Shown: positions 36,701-47,260 of the stretch, piece by piece | Layout of the letters: every line of letters starts with the position of its first letter | Numbering within the stretch: position 1 is the first letter of the stretch | Assembly: GCA_004431415.1 (NCBI GenBank) | Contig: QPMI01000180.1 | Coordinates: forward strand, 1 to 64,000 | From: Cyanophora paradoxa CCMP329 | Lineage: Eukaryota; Plantae; Glaucophyta | Direction: 5' to 3' | Length of the DNA: 64,000 bases | Program-made: the position numbers and the translations under genes | The notes under the pieces: generated by a model | Told to the model about the DNA's origin: nothing | Seen by the model: only the letters and a program-made list of their open reading frames with translations | Database searches by the model: none

Positions 36701-39700
36701 TCCTCCTCGAGCGCGCGCGTGTCGTACCCCGCCGCCGCCGCCGCCGGGCTCCATTCGAGGTACATGACGAAGAACTGCTCCCAGAAGGGCAGCGCCAGCT
36801 CCGAGGGCCCCAGCGCCAGCGCCGTCTCCCGGAAGAGGCCCATCGCCGTGCTGCACAGCAGCGAGCTCGACAGCGCCCTGCCCCCGCGAGCGTCGGAAGG
36901 CGCGTTCGCGGGGCGGGGCGGGAGGGCGGGGCGGGGCGCGCGTGCGGGGCTGGACGGGGGTCGTGGAGGGCTCGCCGTCCACGAGGTCCCGCACGCGGTC
37001 GGGCGTCGCGCTGCTCGTCCCCAGCAGGCTCTCCCCGTCCTCCTCCGGCAGCTGCACCCGCAGCTCGTCCTTCTCCTCCCGCCCCCGCGCCAGCGAGACG
37101 CGCCGGTCCGCGATGCCCGTCGCGGTGGCGGCGGCGGCGCCGACGGCGACGGCGGCGGAGACGAGGGAGGAGAAGGAGGCGGCGAGGCCGCCCGGCTGCA
37201 CGCGCTCCTGCCGCTCGACGTAGCGGTCCCGCTCCCCGTTCGTCGGGCTGCTCCGCGGCGTCCGCCCCGCCTCCCGCCCCTCCTTCTCCGCCGCCTTGGC
37301 CGAGAGGGAGCGGGAGAGGGTGCGGACGATCTGGCGGACGGCGCGGACGGGCGTCGCGAAGCCGTCGAGGGTGCCGAGGAGGGAGGGGACGGCGGGCCCG
37401 AAGGAGACGAGGAGGGTGTAGGCGACCCAGAGGTAGCCGCCCTCGACGTACTCGATGAGCTTCTCCTTGGTGACGGGCCCGAGGCGGCGCCCGATGGCGT
37501 GCGAGAGGACGCTGAGCGGCTGCGACTCGTAGTACATGTACTGCAGCAACGCGTCCAGCAGCGGCAGCCCGTGCTCCGCCTCGATCGCCTGCGCCGCTTC
37601 AGACGGGCAGCGAAGCAAGCAAGGGCGGAAGGGGGCGGACGGGGTGGGAGAGGGCGAGGGCCCACTCGAGGGCGACGCGCTCGCGCTCGGCCTCGTTGCG
37701 GAGGGAGTCGTCCATGACGCGGAGGATCTCCTCGACGACCCGCGCCGGCCCGCCCGTCACGCATCCCTCGATCGCCTCCGCCAGCACCCCCGCGAACTCG
37801 TCCGGCGCCTTCTGCTCCCCCCCGCCCGCGTTAGGGAAGGCGGGCGGGCGGGCGGGCGGGGCGGGGCGGGCGGGGGGAGCGGACGACGGCGACGGAGACG
37901 GCGCGGGAGAGGAGGAAGGTGGAGACGGAGTGGTCGAGGTCGCGGGCCAGCGCCTGGAGGTACTTCCCCACGCGGCGCTCGGAGAGCCAGGCGACGCCGC
38001 TGGGCTCCTGCTTGCCGGGGGCGGCGGGCGGGGGCAGGGTCTCGGGGTGGGCGAGGTCGTTGGCGGCGACGCCGATGCAGAGGACGACGTAGGCAGTCAT
38101 CTGGGCGACGCTCCCGGAGGCGAGGGCGGTGCGGTCCAGCTGGCTGACGACCACCTCAGCGAAGTGCCGGTCCATCGGCCCCGCCACCAGCGAGGCGCCG
38201 ACGGGGCCCGAGAGGACCGCCCACCACCACGTGCGCGGCACAACGTGGTACGAGCCGAGGAGGGCCAGGAGCGCCTTCATGCGGGCCGCCGGCGGGCAGC
38301 GCTCCCAGCGGAGCTCGTGGAAGAGCGCGCACGCCACGTGCAGCTCCGAGTCCCGCTGCGACTGCGCGGGGTCGGCTCCCCGCCCGGGCCCGCCGCGCTG
38401 GGCGGGGCCGGCGGGGCGGGGCGGGGCGGACCTTGGAGTCCGAGGAGGAGGAGGAGGAGGAGGAGGAGGGGCCGGAGGGGGCGCGGGCGAGGGAGGAGGG
38501 GCGCGCCGGGCCCGAGAAGGCGAGGTTGACCCAGTGGGTGATGGTCTCGTCGGGCGTGTCCGTCGGCGCGCAGTTGACGAAGAGGCACTGGGGGTTGGCC
38601 GGCCGCTGGAGCAGCAGCGTCTGCATCTTGTCGAGGATGTACGGGTCCGGCTGCCACGCCGCCATCGGCAGCCGCTCCAGGAGCTGCGCGCCGCGGCACT
38701 CGGCGCGGGGCGGAGCGGAGCGGCGCGGCGCATGGAGCAGCAGGGCCGGGGCGGACGTGGCGGGGCTCGGCGGCGATGTCGCGGGCGTTGTTCACGAGCA
38801 GCTCCAGCGCCACGCTCGTCACGCTCGGCACGTTCGCGCACAGCGCCCCCAGCTGCCCCCGCGGTCACGCCTCCCCCGCGGGGCGGGGCGGGGCGGGGGG
38901 GCGGGGGCGCGTGCCCAGCGGGCGGCCTCGGAGCGGAGGGTGGAGGCGGTGGAGGAGGAGGCGAAGAGGCGGCCGGGCATGAGCATGGCGAAGTAGAAGA
39001 GCTCCTCAGCCACGAGCCGCGCGAGCCACTCGTCAGACGCCGCGGCCTGGCCCCGCCACTTCGCGCCCCACTGCTCCACCGCCGTCATCCGCTTCGCGCC
39101 CTTCCCCGCCGCCCCCGCCGGCCCCTCGTGCACCGAGCCGCCACCCTGCGCGAGCGGGAAGCGGTGAGGCCGGGCGGGGCGGCGGGGCGGGGCGAGCGGG
39201 GCGGGGCACCTCGGCGGGGGCGAACTCCTCGCCGCGGGAGGCGCGGATGTGGTGCTCGGCGAGGAGCACGAGGAGCACGAAGTGGGGGTAGGGCGCGCTG
39301 TGGCACGCCTTCTGGAGCAGCGGCTCCAGCGAGTAGAACTCCGAGACGAGCGCGTTGTGCGAGACGATCCCCTGCACGAACGTGTCCCGGTGCACCTGCG
39401 CCGCCCCCCGGGGCACCCGCGTCAGGCCCGCCGGGGGGCGCGGGGCGGGGCGGGGCGGGCGGAGCGTGCGGGCCTTGCGCTGGATTGGGTACTTCTTGGC
39501 GTACTCCTTGACGGCCTCGACCGTCGTCCCGATCATGTACCTGCCCCGCCCCCCGTGAGCGCCCGAAGCAGGCGGCGCGCGGGGCGGGCGGACATCTCGC
39601 CGAAGAACTGGATGATGGTGTCGGGGGAGATGGAGTGGAGGGGGGTGAAGCCGGCGAGGGGGACGGCCATGAGCTTGCAGGGCCACGGCCCGTGCACCAG

Positions 39701-41737
39701 CACGTCCAGCACCTCCGGCGTCAGCGCCGGCTGCGTGCTCCCCGTCACCTGCGCGCCCCCGCCGCCCCCGCCCCCGTCAGGCCCCCGCGCAGCGCGGCGG
39801 GGCGCGCTGCGGGGCGGGCGCACGACGAGGAACTTGGCGAGGGTGAGGGCGAGGTGGCGGAGCGGGTGCATGGGGGCGGCGGCCATGGCGAGCGGGGAGA
39901 AGTGCTCGAGCGCGCTCTTCAGGGGCCGCACGACCGAGACGGAGAGGTCCGCCGAGTCGGCCATCTTCGCCAGGCCCGTCCACGGCACTTGCGCCAGGCA
40001 GCTCAGCAGGTCTCCCTCCGACAGCGACGACGACGACGTCCAGTCTGCCCCGGCCCGCTCGCCTATGGCGGGGGCGGGGGCGGGGGCGGGGCGGGGCGGA
40101 CCGCGCTCGAGGAGCTGGTGGAGCCAGCGCTCCTTGACGATCTGCTCCACCGTCGGCTGCGCGCGAGCGAGCGAGCCCGTCAGCGCGCCCCGCGGAAGGT
40201 GCCGGGCGGGAGCCGCGGGGCGGGGCGGGGCGCCTGGAGGAGCGGGGCGGCCCAGGCTGCGCAGGAGCTGTGGGCGAAGATGCGGGCGGCGAGGAAGGCG
40301 TGGACGTCCGAGAGGCGGAGCGCCGGGTCCTCCCCGGCCGCTTCTTCGCTCAGCTCCGACCCCACGCTCGCCGTCCGCCCGTGCGCCGGGCCCGCCGGCG
40401 TGCTAAAGAAGGCCAGAGGGTCCTCGTCCGCCGGGCGCCCCGCGGGGGACGGGGCGGGGGCCGCCGCGGGGCGCGTCTCGGCGTAGAGCCCGAGGAGTAG
40501 GTCGACGTTGGAGGCCGCCGGCGGCGGCGGGCCGCTCGTCGTGCCCGAGAGCACCACGGGGACGCCCCCGGCCCCCGCCGAGCCGGCCTCCCCCGCCCCG
40601 CCCGCCTCCCCCGGCGGCGGCGTCTGGGCCGCGTCAGGGGCGCGAGCGCGAGGGGAGGGGACCCGGGCCAGGCACCGGGGACGGGTGCGGGGAGTCGTCC
40701 AGGAGGGAGATGGGGGAGCGCGAGGGCGTGCGCGCGTAGGCGGCCGCCTGCTGGCCGCGGGAGCTCGGCCCGGCCTTTGCGAGGCGGAGCAGCTGGCTCC
40801 CGACGTAGATCACGAGCCGCTGCATGTGGATGTCCTTCTTCGCCTCCTCCGAGGCGCGTGCGGGGCGGGGCGGTCAGGGACGCAGCGCGCCGCGCGGGAA
40901 AGGCGCGCAAAAGGAGCGGAAAGAAGGATATTGACAGCGTCCATGAGGGTGTCGAAGAGCGCGCACAGGACGGAGTACTGCTGCGAGGGCCGCAGCTTGC
41001 GGCAGGCCTTCACCGGCGCCGCGACGGCGAGCGTGAGGGCGAGCCGTTGCTGGTGCTGCTTGATGAGGGAGCCGAGCCAGGGGCCCGCCACCATATCGTG
41101 CAGCCGCCGGATCTTCGACACCATGTCCGCGTGCGTCCCCTCGTTGTACACCGCCGTCTGGTACGAGTGCCTGCGCGCGCGCGGGGCCGCCGCCGCCCGC
41201 GTGGGCCCCACGTCCCCGCGGAGAGGCGGGCAAGCGAGAAGAGGTAGCTTACACGTAGTTGACGCGGTTCCCGCACCCACACACGCCCTCGACACGCGAG
41301 AAGGGCTGCGCAAAGCTCCAGAGACTGTTGTGGCACTGCTGGATCTGATGCTCCAGGCCTGCGGGCACGCCGGCTGTTGGTTAGCGGATGCCTGCAGGAG
41401 AAGCGCTAGCGGCCGGCCCAAGCGGCAGCTCGAGCGGTAACGCACTGATCTTGTCGCGGTTTCGCCGGACCTGCTCGTCGGTCGCAGCGAGGAACGACTG
41501 GCACAGCTCGCTGATGGAGCTGTCGACGCTCCCATCGCTCCCGTCCGCGGGCTGCTGTGGTATCGGACAGCTCAGCGCGTTGGGAGCGGGTTGGCGGGGA
41601 CAAGGAGGGGCCGCGGCAGTGCCGTGCGCGGCCAATTCATTGCATCGTTCGATTGCAGCGCACGGCATGCCGCGCTCTCGCCGGGCGTTGGCGGCGGGGC
41701 AGGGAGGGTTCGAACTGCAACGCACCGCGAGCTCCAT
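30773..41737 (-). CDS. EPG5: Ectopic P-granules protein 5 homolog (autophagosome-lysosome tether)
   Basis: Exon peptides match EPG5 motifs as I recall them, in the same order: HAFLAARIFAHSSCAAWAAPLLQ, LSEGDLLSCLAQVPW, WQPDPYILDKMQTLLL, LFHELRW, LPFWEQFFVMYL, CLESEECSPAV, ELQMRVRLAARALRLYL, and the C-terminal LALLFPDVPYL (stop 30773). The start codon (ATG 41737, MELA followed by an intron) is tentative. Confidence 0.8.
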
Positions 41738-41886
41738 GGCCGCGGCTGCGAGAAGCGGGCCGAGGCCCAGCAAGCCGATGCGGCCGCCGCTCGCGTCGTC
41801 ACCCACGAACACAGAGAGCTCGCCAAGCAGCCGCCTGAAATCGGTAGCCCCCCACCGGAGCCCGAACTCGCTTGCTGGGCCATGCG

Positions 41887-43636
41887 ATGCGATTTCGCGC
41901 GAAGTGGAGTATTCGGCAAGGTGCGCGTCGTCGTTTCGCAGCATCAACAGCGCCGCTGATCCGTGCGGCCTGCGCAGATCTAGAACCACTTCGCTCAAAG
42001 CACGCTCGTTTCCGTCGATCGCTGCTGGATGCGCTCTCCCTTGCCGTGCTGCTCGCGCTCTCGCTGGCGCTGCACCTGCACGTCGCCGCGCGCTTCCCAC
42101 CCTCGCACCCCCTCTCGATCTCAATCGCCGACGAGGACGAGTGCGTGCCCGTGCCCTGAGGCTAGCTTTTATTCTTGACGGGCTGACGCGTACGGCCCCA
42201 GTGCTCTGGCGGCGCAGAAGCTCATCGCGCGCTTTCAGAACCTGCCTCTGGACGCCTGCAGGACGACGCGGCGCGTCCTCGTCTACTCTTTCTGTCTCCC
42301 TCACTTCGCCGGCCTCGGGGCCCAGGCAGGCGCGCCCCGTCCCGTCTCTCCGCGGCAGCTGACATGAGAGCGCATGCAGGTTCACTTCATCGGCGCCGCG
42401 CTCAGCTTCGCCCTCTCCACCGGTCCCCCCCTCGGGTGCTCTCTCCGTTATACTTCGCGCCTTTGACTTGCTCGGAGGGCGGACGCTGGTGCTGAACGGC
42501 TCGGCCACCTGGTGGTACCTCGCGGACCCGTGGGAGGAGCACTTTCTGCCCCTTTCCACGTGCAGGCTCGAGGATCTTCCCGCCGATCTCGAGGCACGCT
42601 TTGCGCGGCGCCGGTTTCGCTTCGCCCCGCCCCGTCCCGCCCGCGCCGCGGCGAGACCGCGGGGCCGTGGCCAGGTTCTGCCACTGCGGGGCGCGGGGGA
42701 CGGGCGGGGGGCGGTGGCGGTGGACGACGCGTCGTTCCACGCGCACCTCTACGGACGCCCCGCCCTAGACTGGATCCCCCGCCTCGCCTCCGCCCGCGGC
42801 CTCGCATGGTACCCGCCGCCCTGGCCCGGCCCCGGCCCCGCGGGCCCCGGCGAGAGCTGGCGGCAGGTGGCGGGCGCAGCTCGTCGCGTACGTCGCGCGG
42901 CCGTCCGCGCGCACGCGTGCCGTGCTCGATGCCAGCCTCGCCCGCATCGGCCTCCCCGCCCGGGCCGCCCCGCCCGGGCCAGGCCCCGCCGTCGGCGTGC
43001 ACATCCGGTGCCCCGCCGCCCCGCCGCGCGCGCGGACTGGGCCCGGGGCTCAAGATCCGAGCGGCGGGGCAGGCGCGGGACTGGGACCAGGCGCGGGCGG
43101 CGGTGGCGCGGTTCGTGGAGGAGGCGGCTGCGCTGGCGGCGCGCCTCGGCGCCCGCCGCGTCCTCCTCGCCTCCGACGACCCCGCCGCCCTCCTGGCCCG
43201 CCGCCCTGCCTTCTTCCTTGCACCCGAGGGCTGATGGGGCGGCAGGAGGCGGCGGCGCTGCTGGAGCAGCGGGGCCTGCGGGCGGTGTACGACCCGCTGG
43301 AGGAGCGCGGCCTGCACGCCGCCGCGCGGCCCGCCGAGGGCGCGGCCAACCGCCTCGCCAACGCCACCGCCGCCCTCCACGCCGCCCTCTCCGCCGCCTG
43401 GTCCCTCGCCGCCTGCCAGGGTGCCAGCCGCCCCGCCCCGCCCCGCCCCGCCCCGCGCCGCTCGGGCCGGCCCGACGCGGGGCCCCGCAGGCCTGGTGCT
43501 GGCGGTGGGGAGCGACCTGGGGAAGCTCGGGCTGGAGCTGGCCCTCGCGAGCGGGAGCCTGCGGCGCCTCCCGCAGAGCTTCGCGCCGGCCTTCGTCTCC
43601 GTCGACCGCCACGCCTCCTGGGTCGCCGAGCCGTAG
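41887..43636 (+). CDS. GT23 (alpha-1,6-fucosyltransferase FUT8/NodZ-like) type II membrane glycosyltransferase; apparent 1-nt frameshift at ~43077-43079
   Basis: Signal anchor LLDALSLAVLLALSLALHLHV; ALSTGRTLVLN..WWY; motif I VGVHIRRG(D); motif II VLLASDDP; motif III LAACQGLVLAVGSDLGKLGLEL; ends FVSVDRHASWVAEP*. Confidence 0.72.
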
Positions 43637-44119
43637 GCCGAGGTCCGCCCCGGTGCGGGCGAGCCGATTGGGATACCCTGACGCGCACTTCGCAGCGCCT
43701 TCGTGCTCGGAGGTGCGCCTTCTAGATCTCGGCGGCCCGAGTGAGTCGAACTGGCGGTCTCTGTTCGCGTCGCCTCAAGTGCCAAAGAGGCACACGTGCA
43801 CCCCGAGTGCCCCCTCGCGGCCGGCGCGGCATGCTCTTCAAGCGTAAACGCCGCCGTGCCGCGGTCGAGCAGCGAGCTCGAGAGCAATGCGTGCAACTCG
43901 GCTGCAGGCCTAGATTGGAATGACTCCCCGACCTTTCTTCGTCACCCCCGGACCGGTCCCAGCACGTGCACCGTACGCTTGCCGACTCGGCGACGGGGGG
44001 CGCGCGCGCGATTCTTCGTCATCCCGCTAAGCAGTAGAGATGCAGTACTAGTCTGGCAGCCGCTGAGCTTGCCACGGCCGCGGTATCACTCACGGGCACG
44101 ACGTAGATGATGATGATGA

Positions 44120-44490
44120 TCGATGAGGATGTTATGTATTTTGCAATTGGGCTTCAATACAGCGACATAAATGTATCGCCACACGTATACCATAACCGTA
44201 AAGTATCTGTTACACAGAACTTATCTTTATGTAGGTATTAAAAAGTCACGAAACGGTACGTAGGCTGCCAAGTAGGGCAAATAAGGGGAGAAAAAACTTA
44301 ACTCTGTGGTGTGCACGGTAGTGCAGAAGATTCTTAATACTACGTGTCGAGATTTATCAATACATCTCTACTAGCCGTGTCCAGCAAATTGAAAAGCGTT
44401 TGAGCTCGATCTCAAGGCTCATAAACTTAAAAGGAATCGCGGAAAACTCGCACTACGAATATCAGGGGGGGAGAGACCTAGGGTTATGCA
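44120..44490. other. AT-rich non-coding island between convergent genes
   Basis: About 370 bp with markedly low GC; no ORF in the track and no splice-type motifs. Confidence 0.6.
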
Positions 44491-44570
44491 ACTAATGCAA
44501 GCTGGAGCCGCCGGGCCGAGGGCGCAGGCACGGCGGCGGATCCGGAGGGGTCCGTCGGCGGCTCATCAGA

Positions 44571-46534
44571 CTAGTGCGCCGCGTGGAGGCGGATGCCCTG
44601 CGGCGGGGGTCAGCCGTCGGCCCGAGCTCGGTGCGGGCGGGGCGGTGGGCGGGGCGGGGCGGACCGGGATGCGGGAGGAGACGGGGAGGTTGCAGAGGGG
44701 GCACTCGCCGCCGGAGCCCGAGGTGCCGGAGAGGAGGCCGTCGCAGATGCCGCAGAGGCAGAGGTGGCGGCAGGGGAGGTAGACCACCTCGGCGCCGCGG
44801 TCCGAGCAGACGGCGCAGGGCGGGCCGCGGGCCTCGAGGGCGCGGCGGACGCGGGTGCTGGCGTCGGCGAGGCGGCGGTCGAGGTCCTCGAGCTCGGCCC
44901 GCGAGAGGGCCGCCACGTGCTGCTCGTCCACCCGCAGCGACGTGCCCCCGCCCCCCTGCACCTGCAGCCGCTCCGCCTCGCCCCGCTGCCGCTCCGCCTC
45001 GCCCCGCCACCGCTCCGCCTCCGAGCGCCAGTGCAGCATCTCCGCCGCCAGGTTGGCCTCCCGCGTCTCCCGCGACTCGTGCGCGAGGCCTGCCCCTGTG
45101 TGAGTCTGAGCGGCGCGACCCGGGCCCGCGGCGCGCGCGGGGCGCGGGGGCGCGGCGGTGCGCACGGATCTCGTTGAGCGAGGGGCGGCTCCAGTCCGCG
45201 AGGTTCGACGAGGAGGAAGAGGGCGACGCGCTGACATTCTGCGGTCCCGCCACGCTCGCCGCCGCCGCTGCCGCCCCGCGTCAGCCCCGCCGCCGCGGGG
45301 CGCGCGAGGCGGGGCGGGGAGCGCACCGACGACGGCGCGCTGGGCGCTGGCGATGCGCTCGAGCATGGGCGCGATCTGGCGGGCGTGCGCGATCGAACCG
45401 ACGCTGGAGCGCTCGGAGCCGGTTCGTGGGCGGGGGCGAACCTGGGAGGCGATGATGCGGGCCGCCGGATCAAGCAGCGCGGCGGCGGCGGCAGAAGCCG
45501 CGTGCGAGTCCCCGTTGGCGGAACCGCTCAGAGAGCCATTGGCCGCAGCGCCATTCCCGTTGCCGTTCCGGGACGCGGAGGGCGACCGGCGCAGGGGCTC
45601 CGGCGGCTTCCCGACGAACTCGTCTTGCTCGCCGTGCGTGAACCCGCAATACTCTTGCCTGAGCGCGCCGTTAGCTCGAGGGGGGCGACGCTTGGGCGAT
45701 CGGATGGGTGTTCACATGTTCCGGCATTTGCCTTGCGTGAAAAAGTTGCACGGCCTCGTCTTGTAGCCGTACTGCAAGTGTTTCTATCACGAACCGATGA
45801 ACAAGAACGCGTGCGGGCGCGAACCTTGAGGTCGGAGATATCGTGGGCGTTCTTGCACGTATCGCCGTACTGCAAAGGAGATCACAGCCTGGCGAGGAGT
45901 GCGTTGATTGCACCAGAACGCACATCGCAGATTCCTCGTTCGAAGTAGAAGCGACACAGCGCAAACTTCCCCACGTCGGCAGCAGAGCCATTGCTCGATG
46001 GTAGCGAACTTATGCCCGTGTGTGCGTGCGTGGCGGCCGTCATCTTGAAGAACTCGTTGGCGTTGTTGCGACGATGAAGGGTGCTGCAATGCTGGATGCT
46101 CCCTGGTGGCGGATCGGGCCTGGCTCTTCGCCCACCTGATCGACACCTTCAGGGCCGCGGACCTGGCGAGGATTCGCGTGCTCACCGTCGTTGCGGTGAC
46201 TAAGGAAGGTCAGGGAGCCGCAGCGAGCGGGTTCTAACGGCCGACGACAGAAACGAAGGGAGTCGGCGTGACTCCAGCTACGCCTAACCGGTGCCTCCGG
46301 GCGTCCTCGCTGGTGGTCTCCCGCGCTCCTGGCCTAGGCCTGAGTCGAACGCATCACTCTCGCTGCTCGGCACGGCGGTGTGCGCGCTTGCAGAGTTTGC
46401 CGGAGAGAATGGGTACCCCGGTGTGCCTCTTTGGCGAGGGAAACGACAACGTGGGTCCGTGGCACGAACAGAGCCTTTACAGAGGCCGTCAGTTCAACTC
46501 ACACGAGCCGCTGAGAAGGCGCGCTTCCGAGCAT
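44571..46534 (-). CDS. Tandem CCCH zinc-finger + coiled-coil + C-terminal RING (C3HC4_3) protein, Unkempt-like architecture
   Basis: Spliced CCCH1 CRFYFERGIC-DYGDTC-KNAH; CCCH2 YKTRPCNFFTQGKC-RNMQEYC-GFTH; coiled coil EAERWRGEAERQRGEAERL..LSRAELEDLDRRL; RING CAVCSDRGAEVVYLPCRHLCLCGIC..CPLC; stop TAG at 44571. The start (ATG 46534, MLGSAPSQRL) is tentative. Confidence 0.75.
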
Positions 46535-47260
46535 TTTCGAATGTGCTTTTGCAATCGGATTCGCGACTCGCAAATTGCAATCGGATTCTTGACTTGGCGA
46601 TTGCTCATGATCATGATCAGCGGCTCTTAGCAGCTTGCATGCACGTTCGAAACCGCATGCGAAGGTCAGTCATTGTCAGACAATTGCAATCTTAGTTGGC
46701 GGCCGCGGTACAACTTCACCTAGGGCACGTGAGAGCTTGGCGCCCGCCGGGCCGCGCCCGCGGATCCGGAATCCCGTAGTCCCGCGCGCCGGGAGTCCGG
46801 ACATCGATCGGATACGCGCGCATGCGCTTAATTATTGGCGCGCGCGCGCGCCACGGTGCGATGGCCTGGTCTCGGGAGTCGGGAGTCGGGAGTCCGTCCG
46901 CGGCCGCTCCGACAGCCTCCGAGCCTCCGACGGATCCGGCGACAGCAAGGCTGAGCTAGCCCAAGCAGGCTACGCGTTGTGAATGCAATGATACTGCTGA
47001 TGCTATGTTGCCTGAGTGTGCTGGCCGCTTTCGGCAGGTCTAGCTCTGAAAGTACTTGTACGTATACATGAAAGCAGGGCCTGGAACTAGAACAGGAAAG
47101 CGACTTACAATACCAGAACTGATGGCAACCTAAGTCCAAACACGCTGAAACACACAACCTATGCGACGAACCAGACCGATGCCCTGCCCTGCCTAAACCA
47201 AAACCAAACAATGCTGTGCAATCTCAGAGTGTCTGAGAATAGACCGAAGGCCGAGCGCCT

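Noticed and set aside
43634-43636. Stop-codon readthrough or recoding at the GT23 TAG
   Set aside because: The GT23 domain appears complete at this point, and TAG is used as a normal stop in other genes in the window.
44477-44486. Telomere-like ctagggtta
   Set aside because: A single unit with no array; expected by chance.
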